Source: Candidatus Hikarchaeia archaeon HikBin5
GTDB lineage: Archaea; Halobacteriota; Halobacteria; Halobacteriales; Hikarchaeaceae
NCBI GenBank assembly: GCA_009889625.1
Contig: WTZU01000002.1
Location: 12,472-76,471 of the forward strand
Length of the DNA: 64,000 nt
Reading direction: 5' to 3'
Part shown: piece after piece, positions 29,836 to 39,306 of the stretch
Position numbering within the stretch: position 1 is the stretch's first letter
Layout of the letters: every line of letters starts with the position of its first letter
Program-made: the position numbers and the translations under genes
Notes under the pieces: generated by a model
What the model was told of the DNA's origin: nothing
What the model saw: only the letters and a program-made list of their open reading frames with translations
The model's database searches: none

Positions 29836-29985
29836 CTATTCCAAATCGATAGACACAAAACGGTAAGAACAAACAGGGCACATCCATTTAGTTTTTAACC
29901 CCGATTCTAATGAAGTTCGTGCAATTCGATGAAATGGTCGAATGCATTCACAAACATTACAATGAAGATCGCGGACATATACCAT
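29836..29985 (-). CDS. CxxC...CPxC zinc-finger microprotein (not in ORF track)
   Basis: Manual translation, 49 aa: MVYVRDLHCNVCECIRPFHRIARTSLESGLKTKWMCPVCSYRFVSIDLE. Confidence 0.75.
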   Translation of the reverse strand: MVYVRDLHCNVCECIRPFHRIARTSLESGLKTKWMCPVCSYRFVSIDLE

Positions 29986-30081
29986 TATAAAAATATAAAC
30001 TGAGGAGTTAGTTCAACGTTATGATAAAAAAATGCCGAACAAATTCAATAGTTACTTAAACCACATTCTCAAAAATAATCT

Positions 30082-30735
30082 GTGAACGAAGCCATAGAAT
30101 ATGCATCTATTGGCGGGCCATTGGTTGGAGTTATTTTAATTGGTTTTTTAATAGGAGTAGAACATACATTTGAGGCAGATCATATAATAGCGGTTTCCAC
30201 ACTATTGAGTCGAGAGTCAGAGAAAAGTCCGTGGAAGGTTGGAAGTGCATGGGGGATTGGGCATTCAGTGACAACAATGGTAATTGGGGCACTATTGCTA
30301 TTATTAAATATCAAATTACCAGGAAAAATATATGAAGTCGGGGAAATTGCAGTGGGAATCACTCTAATATATTTGGGATTAAAACATTTAGTGTTTAAAG
30401 AGGTAAGAAATGCCCATAAGCATACGCATGGAGGGAGATTTGGCCACCTAAACCCAATGCAAAAGTGGTCTGATTGGAGTTTAATGTCCATATCAGTGGG
30501 TGCGATCCATGGTTTTGCAGGGAGTGGATTTTTAATTTTATTACTGGTAACCACATCGGAAATGATAGAGGGAATTCTATTTTTGAGTTCATTCTGCGCA
30601 TCAATCATAATAATAATGGGGATTGTGAGTCAAATGTGGGGAAAAATCCAAAATATTCATCAAAAAATGGTAGGAAATATTGCAGGTAGTGCAAGTATAG
30701 TGGCAGGAATGTTGCTCATAATAGGATATATTTAG
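30082..30735 (+). CDS. Ni/Co transporter-like membrane protein (UreH/NiCoT-like)
   Basis: G.EH.FEADH..AV, WGIGHS, His-rich loop HKHTH, G.IHG.AGSG; ~6 TM segments. Confidence 0.82.
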   Translation: MNEAIEYASIGGPLVGVILIGFLIGVEHTFEADHIIAVSTLLSRESEKSPWKVGSAWGIGHSVTTMVIGALLLLLNIKLPGKIYEVGEIAVGITLIYLGLKHLVFKEVRNAHKHTHGGRFGHLNPMQKWSDWSLMSISVGAIHGFAGSGFLILLLVTTSEMIEGILFLSSFCASIIIIMGIVSQMWGKIQNIHQKMVGNIAGSASIVAGMLLIIGYI

Positions 30736-30781
30736 AACGAAATGTCAAAATAAACAAACAGAAAAGACTAGAAGGGGGTTT

Positions 30782-31012
30782 TCAAGTGTTATTTCGGGGG
30801 ATGAGAAAAGTAAAAAGAGGATGGTAAATCAACCATACAATAAGAAGAAATCCAAATGTTGTCTGGAAATTTTTTGGTTCGTATAAAAATATCAAGATAG
30901 AGGCTATAGAGATTTTAAAAAAAAGGACATATAAGAAACCAAATATGTAGGATTGTTTTTTGGATAAGTGTCCCCAGGTTTTAAAAGAATAATAATCCCA
31001 AAATACCCCCAT
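30782..31012 (-). CDS. Hypothetical small membrane protein
   Basis: Two hydrophobic segments; very AT-rich; start could be 31072. Confidence 0.5.
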   Translation of the reverse strand: MGVFWDYYSFKTWGHLSKKQSYIFGFLYVLFFKISIASILIFLYEPKNFQTTFGFLLIVWLIYHPLFTFLIPRNNT

Positions 31013-31224
31013 AGTAAGAGAGTGCGTTACAGCAAGATATAACTTTTGGGGATGAAGAACAAATATAGACATAAGGCCTATCTATCGATTATAGCATATA
31101 TATAAACTGTATGATGAGATATATAAAAATAAAATGAACTATTAACTTAGAAAACTCATATACTGGCGTAAAATAGAATAGTTAAAACGATGACCCTCCG
31201 TTCAGAAAGGGTAGTAAAAATCAT

Positions 31225-31752
31225 ATGAAAATATATACAAAGAGAGGAGATTCGGGACAGACAGACTTAGTAGGTGGTGAAAGGGTGACAAAAGACCACA
31301 CTAGAGTGGAGTCGTATGGCACTATTGATGAATTGAATTCAGCCATAGGACTGATATCCATAGAGAAATATGAAGACATGGCACAATATTTGGTTGAAAT
31401 TCAGAACCATTTGCATATAATTCAAGCCCAACTGTCACGGGTAGAAGAGGGAGAAATAAAGATAACGTCGAAGCATATTGAATTAATTGAAAATTGGATC
31501 GATGAATATGAGAAAGAATTGGAGCCACTTCATGCATTTATACTACCAGGAGGAAGTAAAGAAGGTGCCAAATTGCATCATGCAAGAGCGATATGTAGAA
31601 GGGCAGAAAGGAGATTGGTAACTCTTTCAATAGAAGGGGCAGAAGTGGGCAGATGCATAGAATACTTAAATAGACTGTCAGACGCCATGTTTGTATTTGC
31701 AAGATTGGTTAATCAACGTGAGAAAGTTGAAGAAATAAATCCATCTTATTAA
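31225..31752 (+). CDS. ATP:cob(I)alamin adenosyltransferase (PduO type)
   Basis: KIYTKRGD.G.T.L, YGTIDELNS, FILPGG, R..CRRAERR, YLNRLSD. Confidence 0.95.
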   Translation: MKIYTKRGDSGQTDLVGGERVTKDHTRVESYGTIDELNSAIGLISIEKYEDMAQYLVEIQNHLHIIQAQLSRVEEGEIKITSKHIELIENWIDEYEKELEPLHAFILPGGSKEGAKLHHARAICRRAERRLVTLSIEGAEVGRCIEYLNRLSDAMFVFARLVNQREKVEEINPSY

Positions 31753-31783
31753 TAGAGGTGGGAAATTAATATGCTTGTAAATA

Positions 31784-31857
31784 GGGTCGGTGGTCTAGTT
31801 GGTTAGGACGTCGCATTCACATTGCGGAGATCGCCAGTTCGAATCTGGCTCGACCCA
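31784..31857 (+). tRNA. tRNA-Val(CAC), no intron, CCA not encoded
   Basis: Acceptor GGGTCGG/TCGACCC; anticodon stem TCGCA/TGCGG with loop TTCACAT; T arm GCCAG-TTCGAAT-CTGGC; followed by a T-tract. Confidence 0.96.
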
Positions 31858-31903
31858 TTTTTGGTAGAAATTGAAAATATAGAGAGAAAATATCAAGCAA
31901 AAA

Positions 31904-32587
31904 TTATTCTTTGAATTCGGGTGCGTTTTCAAATTGTTCTAGATCGTTGAAGCCGAGTCCTAGGTGATTATAGATGCGTGCATTGCAGCAAAGTAGTCTT
32001 GCTGGTCGGTCTTCACTGGCATTTACATGCTGATGTGCAGTATTAGTCGGGATGAAGATTACATCGTTTGTTTCCCATAGGAATTTTTGAGGTTCTTTTG
32101 GCCATTCCCATATAACTTTGTCCCTCATGACAGCGGTTGGGTCCCAATGGAGATCATATCCCTCTCCATCTAAGACAAATACTAGTTCTTCGCTCATATG
32201 CCGGTGTTTACCTGATTTTCCTCCAGGAGGTATAACCTGCATATACAGATCGGTGTTGACTGCGCCAGTGGGGCCAAGATCCCTTTCCATTTTCTCATTG
32301 AGAAGCCATTTTATTTTACCTTGCGGAGAATCCTCCCATGGCATTTCTTCTGGTTTAATGATTTTATGAAGAGGTCCACGGGGGCCATGTTGAGAAAGTG
32401 GATTCTTTTTGGAATCGTCAAGGAATTCTTGGTAATGAGAAGTAGTAAGAGTTCCACGTTCCCATTCCTCCCGTTCATCCATGTGGATATAGTCGTCTGG
32501 AACCATTTCCTGGGTTCTTTTTCTATGACGAGGTATATGGTCGAATTCGTAATTATGAGGATCTTCAAATTCGGTGTTTTCAGACAT
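31904..32587 (-). CDS. Cupin domain protein B' (paralog of 9717..10319)
   Basis: IKPEEMPWE, D.YMQVIPPGG.SGKHRHMSEEL.FV..GEGYDLHWDP, IPTNT.HQH, DLEQFEN shared with copy 1. Confidence 0.85.
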   Translation of the reverse strand: MSENTEFEDPHNYEFDHIPRHRKRTQEMVPDDYIHMDEREEWERGTLTTSHYQEFLDDSKKNPLSQHGPRGPLHKIIKPEEMPWEDSPQGKIKWLLNEKMERDLGPTGAVNTDLYMQVIPPGGKSGKHRHMSEELVFVLDGEGYDLHWDPTAVMRDKVIWEWPKEPQKFLWETNDVIFIPTNTAHQHVNASEDRPARLLCCNARIYNHLGLGFNDLEQFENAPEFKE

Positions 32588-32592
32588 GATTA

Positions 32593-33378
32593 TTATACAC
32601 CAGACCTCTGAGTTGCGGATTTAACTGCTGCCTCTTCCTTGGAGAGCATCTGTCGCATCTGTGCATATTGATCATGGTCCTCTTTGGAATATTCTTCTCG
32701 TCCAACATTCCAATCAAATGGTGGAACCCAATTGGGATCTTTTGCCCGGTCTCCAGGTGTATGTCTAACAGTTCCTTGATATACAAGATGTAAGAAATTA
32801 TAGATGGGGAGAGAGTTGTAAACTAAAAGGCGGCAGGGTTTATCGGGATCAACAGAATAATGTTCGTGGACACATCCACCATGAATCACGATTAAATCCC
32901 CCGCCTCCCAAATATATTCCTCTCCGTCGTGGATTTCATATCCTTTACCTTCCAATACATACATCATCGCTTCATTTTGATGAGAATGTTTTTTATCGTC
33001 CGCTTCAGGTGCAAGTACACGTTCCATAAGAGACATACTTTGAGTCCTTCCTTTCCAAGGGCGAACATAGGATCTTCCCCATGCTTTTGAACCCTCAAGT
33101 AGGGAATTTTCGGTTTTAGACTTGAGTGGGATTTCAGATCCTTTTACAATTCGTTTCGCAGGGTCCCTCAGTGCAGCCCAAACTTCACGGTTGTCAAAAT
33201 GGCGCTCTGCCATTTCTTGTATGAAAATCCTACGATTGCTGTATACCTTGTCTGCAGGGCAATCTACCGCCTGAATAGTTGTTGTGGCCCCGCCGTCTGC
33301 TCTTACTTCTAATAGACCTCTGTGCCGCTTCCCGGCATGATCCGGGTCAGAGGGATGTTTGTGGTTATTTATTGGCAT
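32593..33378 (-). CDS. Cupin domain protein A' (paralog of 9005..9715)
   Basis: VW..LRDP.KR...GSEIP, VRPW.G.TQS, KKH.HQNEAM.Y.LEG.GYEIHDGEEY.WEAGDL, FLHL.YQG shared with copy 1. Confidence 0.85.
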   Translation of the reverse strand: MPINNHKHPSDPDHAGKRHRGLLEVRADGGATTTIQAVDCPADKVYSNRRIFIQEMAERHFDNREVWAALRDPAKRIVKGSEIPLKSKTENSLLEGSKAWGRSYVRPWKGRTQSMSLMERVLAPEADDKKHSHQNEAMMYVLEGKGYEIHDGEEYIWEAGDLIVIHGGCVHEHYSVDPDKPCRLLVYNSLPIYNFLHLVYQGTVRHTPGDRAKDPNWVPPFDWNVGREEYSKEDHDQYAQMRQMLSKEEAAVKSATQRSGV

Positions 33379-33417
33379 TTTCTATCCTCTATAATAGATA
33401 GTAGATCCTTTTTGTAA

Positions 33418-34629
33418 TTAAAGTTTTATTTTAAAAATATGTTTTATTTTAACTAAAACCAACAAGAAAATGTGAATGAATTCGCGCCAGACATAGAGGA
33501 TTAGTTGGCCAATTTCCCAAATTGGATTGAATTCTTGGGAACTGTCAGGAATAGTTTGTTTCTTTTGGTTCAATCGAATTGAATCCATTGAACCTTCTAA
33601 GGTATTGTTGTCGTTTTTTCCAAGTGAGGATGTTGAACTATTGGGTGATGAACTAGGGGGTTTTGATTCCAATTCTGCTTTTAATTCTAAAATTCGGTGT
33701 TCTAAATCTTTGATCCGGGAATTTTTAGAAGTTAATTCAGTTCTCAGAGTATCTGGATCCAATTCGGGAGGAGGGCCTTCAATGGATCGTAATTGTTCTA
33801 TGAGCTCATTTTGGTCAGATTTAAAATTTGGACGGATGGGATCTGCTTCGTGTGGAGTTGCACCTTCATCAAAGGTTTCTTTTTGCTTTAATAAAATTCG
33901 TCTAGTAGGTTCCCAATCTGTTGCTAAAAATGCTTCTCCAGTTTCGAGAGTGGAAATTTCATTTGCATAATTAGTTCCAAGTGTTTGACTAACTGCTTTA
34001 AAGTCTGTCGCCCATGTAAATCGATGCCAAACGGACCAGTTGCATTGAGTGATAAAATCTTTATCAACAGCAGAAGGCCTTTGGGATATTCCACAGATTC
34101 CGAGTCCGCGTTTTCTTCCTCTTTTGGCGATCCTAATGATATTTTGTGCTAACTTATCGACTCCTCCTTGTTGTGGAATGAATTCGTGTATCTCTTCTAT
34201 TATGATTAAAAACTGTTTTCTATGTTCTTTTTCTTTGTGAAACAGCAAAGTGACTACCTCGTTGATAATCGATTTTGCTTGGTCTGTTTCAAAAGTGGAC
34301 ACATCTAGAATGACAGGTGCCCCCTCAAGTAGAGCGTGGTCGGTGATTAAATCTACTCTATCCAATGTCAATTCTACATCAGACTCCTGTTGTTGACCCA
34401 TATGAATGAGTTCCTTGAATTGCTCTTTCAAGCCACGATATTCACCATCGGTATCGATGATCAAAAGTGGGCATCGATTCTTAAGGAGTTCTTCAATTAC
34501 CACACTAGCTGTGTTAGATTTCCCAGATCCAGATTTGCCTGTAATAAATCCACGTCCAGTGAGAATGGAAGTGATGGGAAGGGTGATACCATCCTCAGTT
34601 ATTGTGATAGTTGTGGAATTTTGGGGCAT
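33418..34629 (-). CDS. HerA/FtsK-like P-loop ATPase (DUF87-like) with coiled coil and hydrophobic C-terminus
   Basis: ITGKSGSGKSNT, IDTDGEY, IIEEIHEFIPQ, RGRKRGLG...ISQRP..V.KD.ITQ. Confidence 0.85.
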   Translation of the reverse strand: MPQNSTTITITEDGITLPITSILTGRGFITGKSGSGKSNTASVVIEELLKNRCPLLIIDTDGEYRGLKEQFKELIHMGQQQESDVELTLDRVDLITDHALLEGAPVILDVSTFETDQAKSIINEVVTLLFHKEKEHRKQFLIIIEEIHEFIPQQGGVDKLAQNIIRIAKRGRKRGLGICGISQRPSAVDKDFITQCNWSVWHRFTWATDFKAVSQTLGTNYANEISTLETGEAFLATDWEPTRRILLKQKETFDEGATPHEADPIRPNFKSDQNELIEQLRSIEGPPPELDPDTLRTELTSKNSRIKDLEHRILELKAELESKPPSSSPNSSTSSLGKNDNNTLEGSMDSIRLNQKKQTIPDSSQEFNPIWEIGQLILYVWREFIHIFLLVLVKIKHIFKIKL

Positions 34630-34697
34630 TAAATAGGAAGTTTTTGGGCGCCATGTATATAGCCTTCCCTCTACTGGAATATAAGAGAGAATAAATT

Positions 34698-35213
34698 ATG
34701 AAAGGTTTCAAAAAGAATAGGAGAATGGGATCAAAAGGTGGGAAAATAAAGATTCCAACAGGAAGTATAGAAATTTCAAAAGGAATTAGACAGATAGTAA
34801 GGTCAATTGGCTTATTAGGAGCAAGTAGATTTGGAAAGCTTGGATTTCAGATAGGGCTATTTACTGTTATTTTTGCATTGGCAGCAGTGGGATTGGTGGA
34901 ATTGGTAGAAGGAAGGGCCGTGGGAAGTGACCAGAGGTTAGGGTTTTATGTTTTGTTTAGTTCAATATTATTTATATTTACTATTTACTCGATAGAAAAG
35001 GCAAAGCGGAGGGATGGGTTTGATGTAATGAAAGTGGTGATTGCAATTACAATCGTTGGATTCATTATAGCATCGCTTTCAGGAGAGGGATTGATCAGAG
35101 TTGTTCAAGGGGCAGGATATACATCTCAAACATATGTCTATTTAATCACAGGAGGCTTGGTTTTTTCAGGAGTGAGTTATTGGGCAATACGGCACTGGAA
35201 AGAATATACATAA
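34698..35213 (+). CDS. Hypothetical 4-TM membrane protein
   Basis: Four hydrophobic segments, ends YWA.RHWKEY; divergent from the ATPase. Confidence 0.7.
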   Translation: MKGFKKNRRMGSKGGKIKIPTGSIEISKGIRQIVRSIGLLGASRFGKLGFQIGLFTVIFALAAVGLVELVEGRAVGSDQRLGFYVLFSSILFIFTIYSIEKAKRRDGFDVMKVVIAITIVGFIIASLSGEGLIRVVQGAGYTSQTYVYLITGGLVFSGVSYWAIRHWKEYT

Positions 35214-35221
35214 AGGGGGCA

Positions 35222-35809
35222 CTACCATTGAGTTCCTATTTTTTGCCGTGCCCGCACATACTCGGAATGGGTATTCCAACGAATTGATGTGTTGACGTGT
35301 TCGACCGTATAAGGCGATCCACACTTGCGACAACGATAGTAATTGAAAGGGTGAGTTACTGTTTTAGATGCACGGTGTCGAGTGGTTTCCCAATGGCAAT
35401 TTTCATTTGTGCAAATTAAATAGAATCGCGGGGGACAAAATTCATCGCATCGGAGGGGTGCATCTAATTGCTGGGCTTTTTGTTTGAATAAAGAACCATG
35501 AGAGGTTGAACCATATGTTTGATATTCCCATACGTGGATTAATTCGTGGCGTATGATTCCCATAAATTTTTCCCAGCCATAAGCTTGGAAAGCTTTCCAT
35601 GTGAGAGAAATTATAATATCAGGAGAACCGTGTGTGAATTTGCAACAAGCTGCTCGTTTTGTCGCGTGGCGAGAGATAGTCCAATGAATGACAGAGAGGT
35701 CAATAGGTAATTGGATTGTTTTGGAATATTCAATTGCTTGATCTATTAATTCTGAAGGTGTATTTGGGCAGGAGTTGAATGAACAGTCTATGATCGACCC
35801 CATTCCCAT
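35222..35809 (-). CDS. SprT-like Zn metalloprotease domain protein
   Basis: KRAA.C, IRHELIHVWE, HG..F, C..C...R...SK.V..P..YRC..CG. Confidence 0.85.
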   Translation of the reverse strand: MGMGSIIDCSFNSCPNTPSELIDQAIEYSKTIQLPIDLSVIHWTISRHATKRAACCKFTHGSPDIIISLTWKAFQAYGWEKFMGIIRHELIHVWEYQTYGSTSHGSLFKQKAQQLDAPLRCDEFCPPRFYLICTNENCHWETTRHRASKTVTHPFNYYRCRKCGSPYTVEHVNTSIRWNTHSEYVRARQKIGTQW

Positions 35810-35812
35810 GAT

Positions 35813-36658
35813 CTAACAATCATCCCGCAAGTCCCTTATTTTTTGAATGTCCCAAGAATGGTCTTTTTCCTCATCTATTGGCGTTTCTAGAACCATTGGG
35901 AGGTCTCTAAAGAGTTTATGGTTGATGAGATTTTTAAAGGGCCCCTCTCCGATTTCTCCATCACCTATATGTTCGTGCTCATCCTTTTTTGACCCGAAGG
36001 GATGCTTCGAATCGTTTAGATGTAAATAATGTACATTTTCAATGCCAATTGTCTCTTCAATTTCACCTATCATCTGAGAGATTTCTTCGTCAGTTCCAAA
36101 TCCATATCCAGCAGAAAATAAGTGGCAAGTATCAAGACATACTCCAATATCTTCATACCCATACGTTGATTCTTCTACCATCGTTTGGAGTTCTGCAAAC
36201 GTCTCCCCTAGAGTGGTGCCTTTTCCAGCAGTATTCTCTAGAAGTAGTGTGACGGATTTTGGTATCTCCAACTGAGAAAGTCGCATGGCTATGTTCTTCA
36301 ATCCTTTCTCAACGCCTTCTCCTGTGTGTGCACCGGGGTGAAAGGTGTAATATGGAATTTCCAACTCTGCCGATGCATCTAACTCTCCTTGGACAGTTAC
36401 AACGGATTTCTCTGCTAATTCTTCTTTTGGCGTTGCTAAATTGATTAGATATGTTCCATGGACTATCCAAGGTCCAACATCTTTTTCCGAGCAGTATTTT
36501 TTAAATAGGTCTGCGCCTTCTTTTTTGACTTCTCCTACTTTCCATCCGCGAGGAGAACCTACAAAAAGTTGGCCACAGTTTCCATTTATTTCCACTTGAC
36601 GGTCGACTGCTTTTTCGACTCCACCTGCTGTTGAAACGTGAGAACCAATTCTGAACAT
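35813..36658 (-). CDS. nfo: Endonuclease IV (AP endonuclease)
   Basis: GSHVS.AGG, H..YLINLA, FHPG, LLENTAG.G, CLDTCH, HLNDSK, D.HEHIG.G.IG, LETP. Confidence 0.95.
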   Translation of the reverse strand: MFRIGSHVSTAGGVEKAVDRQVEINGNCGQLFVGSPRGWKVGEVKKEGADLFKKYCSEKDVGPWIVHGTYLINLATPKEELAEKSVVTVQGELDASAELEIPYYTFHPGAHTGEGVEKGLKNIAMRLSQLEIPKSVTLLLENTAGKGTTLGETFAELQTMVEESTYGYEDIGVCLDTCHLFSAGYGFGTDEEISQMIGEIEETIGIENVHYLHLNDSKHPFGSKKDEHEHIGDGEIGEGPFKNLINHKLFRDLPMVLETPIDEEKDHSWDIQKIRDLRDDC

Positions 36659-36879
36659 GACTCCTCTTAGATTTTCTTAGCAATTATATTATAGGTTTTA
36701 TCATTGGTGAGTTGCAAAGTGATTGCATGACAAAACTATATTCCATTTTAGTTTGCATTCTCCTAATAACAACAGCATTTGCAGAGTATATTGGGGATGT
36801 ACGAGAAGGGAATTGTAGGAGCGAGTGACAATAGACAAGGGTCAAGTTTAATACAGCTGGTCGAGAGAATAAATTAAGT

Positions 36880-37170
36880 ATGCATTCATGGGAAGTTACA
36901 TGTATTGAATTAAGAGAGAATAGTGAGTATGACGATTGTAGGTCCATTGAAAAAATTGGATTCAAAGTTGCAAGCCAGATACAGAAAAGAAATATCGATC
37001 AAGCATATAGCATGATAGAATCGAATCTAACAAATTATCATGTTGTAGTAAATGGAGAAGACATAGCATTAGTTTCCGCCAATGTAGGAGATATAAGGTA
37101 TGTCCGTACAGAAGGGTCAGATACGTCAGAAGACCCACTTATGAAGCTTGGAAAGTGCGAACAAAATTGA
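36880..37170 (+). CDS. Small hypothetical protein (DUF3892-like)
   Basis: VTCI...DCR.I..IG...YVRT...DT..D.L..L..C. Confidence 0.65.
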   Translation: MHSWEVTCIELRENSEYDDCRSIEKIGFKVASQIQKRNIDQAYSMIESNLTNYHVVVNGEDIALVSANVGDIRYVRTEGSDTSEDPLMKLGKCEQN

Positions 37171-37188
37171 ATTGGTAAATTTTTCAAT

Positions 37189-38055
37189 TTAAAGAAATTC
37201 TTTTACACAGTTAGTTACTTCAGAGGGAGTTTTTCCAACTGAAGCTCCTGCATTTTCAAGTGCCATGATTTTTGATTGTGCAGTTCCAGTCCCTGTCCCA
37301 GAAACTATGGCGCCTGCATGCCCCATACGTTTTCCAGGTGGGGCAGTTCTACCTGCGATGAATCCAACAACTGGAGTATCCATATTTTCTTTTATGAAAT
37401 CGGCAGCTTGTTCTTCGTCCTCACCACCTATTTCTCCACACATAACTACTACTTTAGTATCAGGGTCTGCTTCAAATAGTTCGAGGCAATCGATGAAGTT
37501 TGTTCCAATTATAGGATCCCCACCTATGCCAACGACAGTTGTTTGTCCGAGATGAGAATTGGTTAGATTTGAAGCAATTTGATAAGTGAGAGTTCCAGAC
37601 CTCGAAACGAGGCCAACGGGACCAGGAGTAAAAATATCACCTGGTAAAATTCCCAATTTGGTTTCCCCAGGAGTTAGAATACCGGGGCAATTTGGGCCCA
37701 ATAGCCGGGTTCCGGGAGGGATGGAAAAATTAACTTTCATCATATCGTGAGAGGGAATTCCTTCTGTGATTGCGACAACTAAATCTAGTGTTGCATCGAA
37801 TGCCTCCAATATAGCATCTGCAGCGAATGCAGGAGGTACGAAAACAACTGAAGCGGTGGCATCATGTTCCTCCATGGCAGTGTTGACGGTATCATAAACA
37901 GGAATGCCATTGAAATCAGATCCACCCTTTCCAGGCACTACCCCTGCAACTACATTGGCACCATAATTTATCATTTGTTCAGTGTGAAACGCACCCTGGC
38001 TACCCGTAATACCTTGAACAATTATTCGAGTATCTTTATTTACCAATATACTCAT
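37189..38055 (-). CDS. sucD: Succinyl-CoA synthetase alpha subunit
   Basis: [41 protein letters not shown]. Confidence 0.96.
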   Translation of the reverse strand: MSILVNKDTRIIVQGITGSQGAFHTEQMINYGANVVAGVVPGKGGSDFNGIPVYDTVNTAMEEHDATASVVFVPPAFAADAILEAFDATLDLVVAITEGIPSHDMMKVNFSIPPGTRLLGPNCPGILTPGETKLGILPGDIFTPGPVGLVSRSGTLTYQIASNLTNSHLGQTTVVGIGGDPIIGTNFIDCLELFEADPDTKVVVMCGEIGGEDEEQAADFIKENMDTPVVGFIAGRTAPPGKRMGHAGAIVSGTGTGTAQSKIMALENAGASVGKTPSEVTNCVKEFL

Positions 38056-38056
38056 T

Positions 38057-39202
38057 TTAGTTACCTCCTTTTGACGCCAATGCAATTGCCCGTTGAACGG
38101 CAGATTCGAGCGTGGATTCTACAGATAGGTGATCTGTGTTTAGAATTTCCATTCCTTCCTGTGCATTTGTTCCATCTAGACGGACTACAATTGGTTTGGG
38201 GAGTGCATCGAAATTATCAAGAGCATCATTTATTCCACGGGCCACTTCATCGCCTCGAGTTATACCACCAAAAATATTGAAAAGTATCGAATCGACATTT
38301 TCATCTTCAAATAGTATGTCAAGTGCATTTTCAACCCTATCAGAGTTTGCTCCACCTCCAATATCCAGAAAGTTGGCAGGTTTCCCACCATAGTGATCTA
38401 CTAAATCTAGGGTAGTCATGACTAGTCCGGCCCCATTTCCAATGATCCCAATATTACCATCCAAACGAACATAATTAAATCCATATAGATTTGCTTTTGA
38501 TTCAAGTTCGTTGTTATTTCTTGTGTCTCGAAGGTCGGCTAGTTCTGGTTGTCTAAAAAGTGCATCGTCTTCGATATTCAAGACCGCATCGGTGGCAATT
38601 ACACCCCCATTCTTCGAAACCATTAGTGGATTGATTTCAGCCTCTGTTGCATCAGAAGTTTCCCAAATATTGTAAAGGGATAAAAGTATATGCGCTACCT
38701 GATCGGTTAGAGTTGGAGAGATCCCGGCATCGGATACTGCAGTTTTGGCTTGGGAATTAGAAAGACCAAGCAGAGGGTCTATGTAAGTTTTAGATATGGC
38801 TTCGGGAGTAGAGGATGCAACTTGTTCTATATCAACTCCACCTTGAGAAGATACCATAGCAACGGGCATTCCGGAGCTTCGGTCGAGAGTAATTCCAAGA
38901 TAGATTTCATCTATAAAATCAATGGCCTGTTCTACTAAAACTTCATACACAAAATAGCCTTTGAGGTCCATTCCTATTATTTTACTTGCAGCCAATTCTG
39001 CTTCTTCATCATTATGCACTAGAGCGATGCCCCCTGCTTTGCCACGACCGCCAACATGGACTTGTGCTTTAATGACTGTGGGATAGCCTATACGATTGGT
39101 TTCTTCTAGCACTGTTTCAATGGAATTGGCTAGTCCAGAAGGGGGGATTGGGATCCCACCATCTGAGAAAACTGATTTTGCTTGATATTCATGCAAACGC
39201 AT
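38057..39202 (-). CDS. sucC: Succinyl-CoA synthetase beta subunit
   Basis: [55 protein letters not shown]. Confidence 0.96.
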   Translation of the reverse strand: MRLHEYQAKSVFSDGGIPIPPSGLANSIETVLEETNRIGYPTVIKAQVHVGGRGKAGGIALVHNDEEAELAASKIIGMDLKGYFVYEVLVEQAIDFIDEIYLGITLDRSSGMPVAMVSSQGGVDIEQVASSTPEAISKTYIDPLLGLSNSQAKTAVSDAGISPTLTDQVAHILLSLYNIWETSDATEAEINPLMVSKNGGVIATDAVLNIEDDALFRQPELADLRDTRNNNELESKANLYGFNYVRLDGNIGIIGNGAGLVMTTLDLVDHYGGKPANFLDIGGGANSDRVENALDILFEDENVDSILFNIFGGITRGDEVARGINDALDNFDALPKPIVVRLDGTNAQEGMEILNTDHLSVESTLESAVQRAIALASKGGN

Positions 39203-39306
39203 TGATGTAAAGTGAAACCCTGTTGATGTTAAATCTCATGATTTTGTAAAAGGCCCATTTCATAGACAATATGACGACTTATCTGCACAGGGGTACTATG
39301 CCGATC

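Noticed and set aside
31073..31224. Cobalamin riboswitch upstream of the adenosyltransferase
   Set aside because: Too short and AT-rich; only a 5 bp hairpin (ACCCT/AGGGT), no B12 box
33418..34629. Canonical HerA of the NurA-HerA-Mre11-Rad50 system
   Set aside because: No HAS barrel, no nurA, unlinked to mre11-rad50
31784..35809. Genomic island integrated at tRNA-Val
   Set aside because: No integrase and no duplicated tRNA 3' end (att site) spotted by eye
36684..36879. Small ORFs between nfo and the DUF3892-like gene
   Set aside because: No motif in any frame; probably a divergent promoter region
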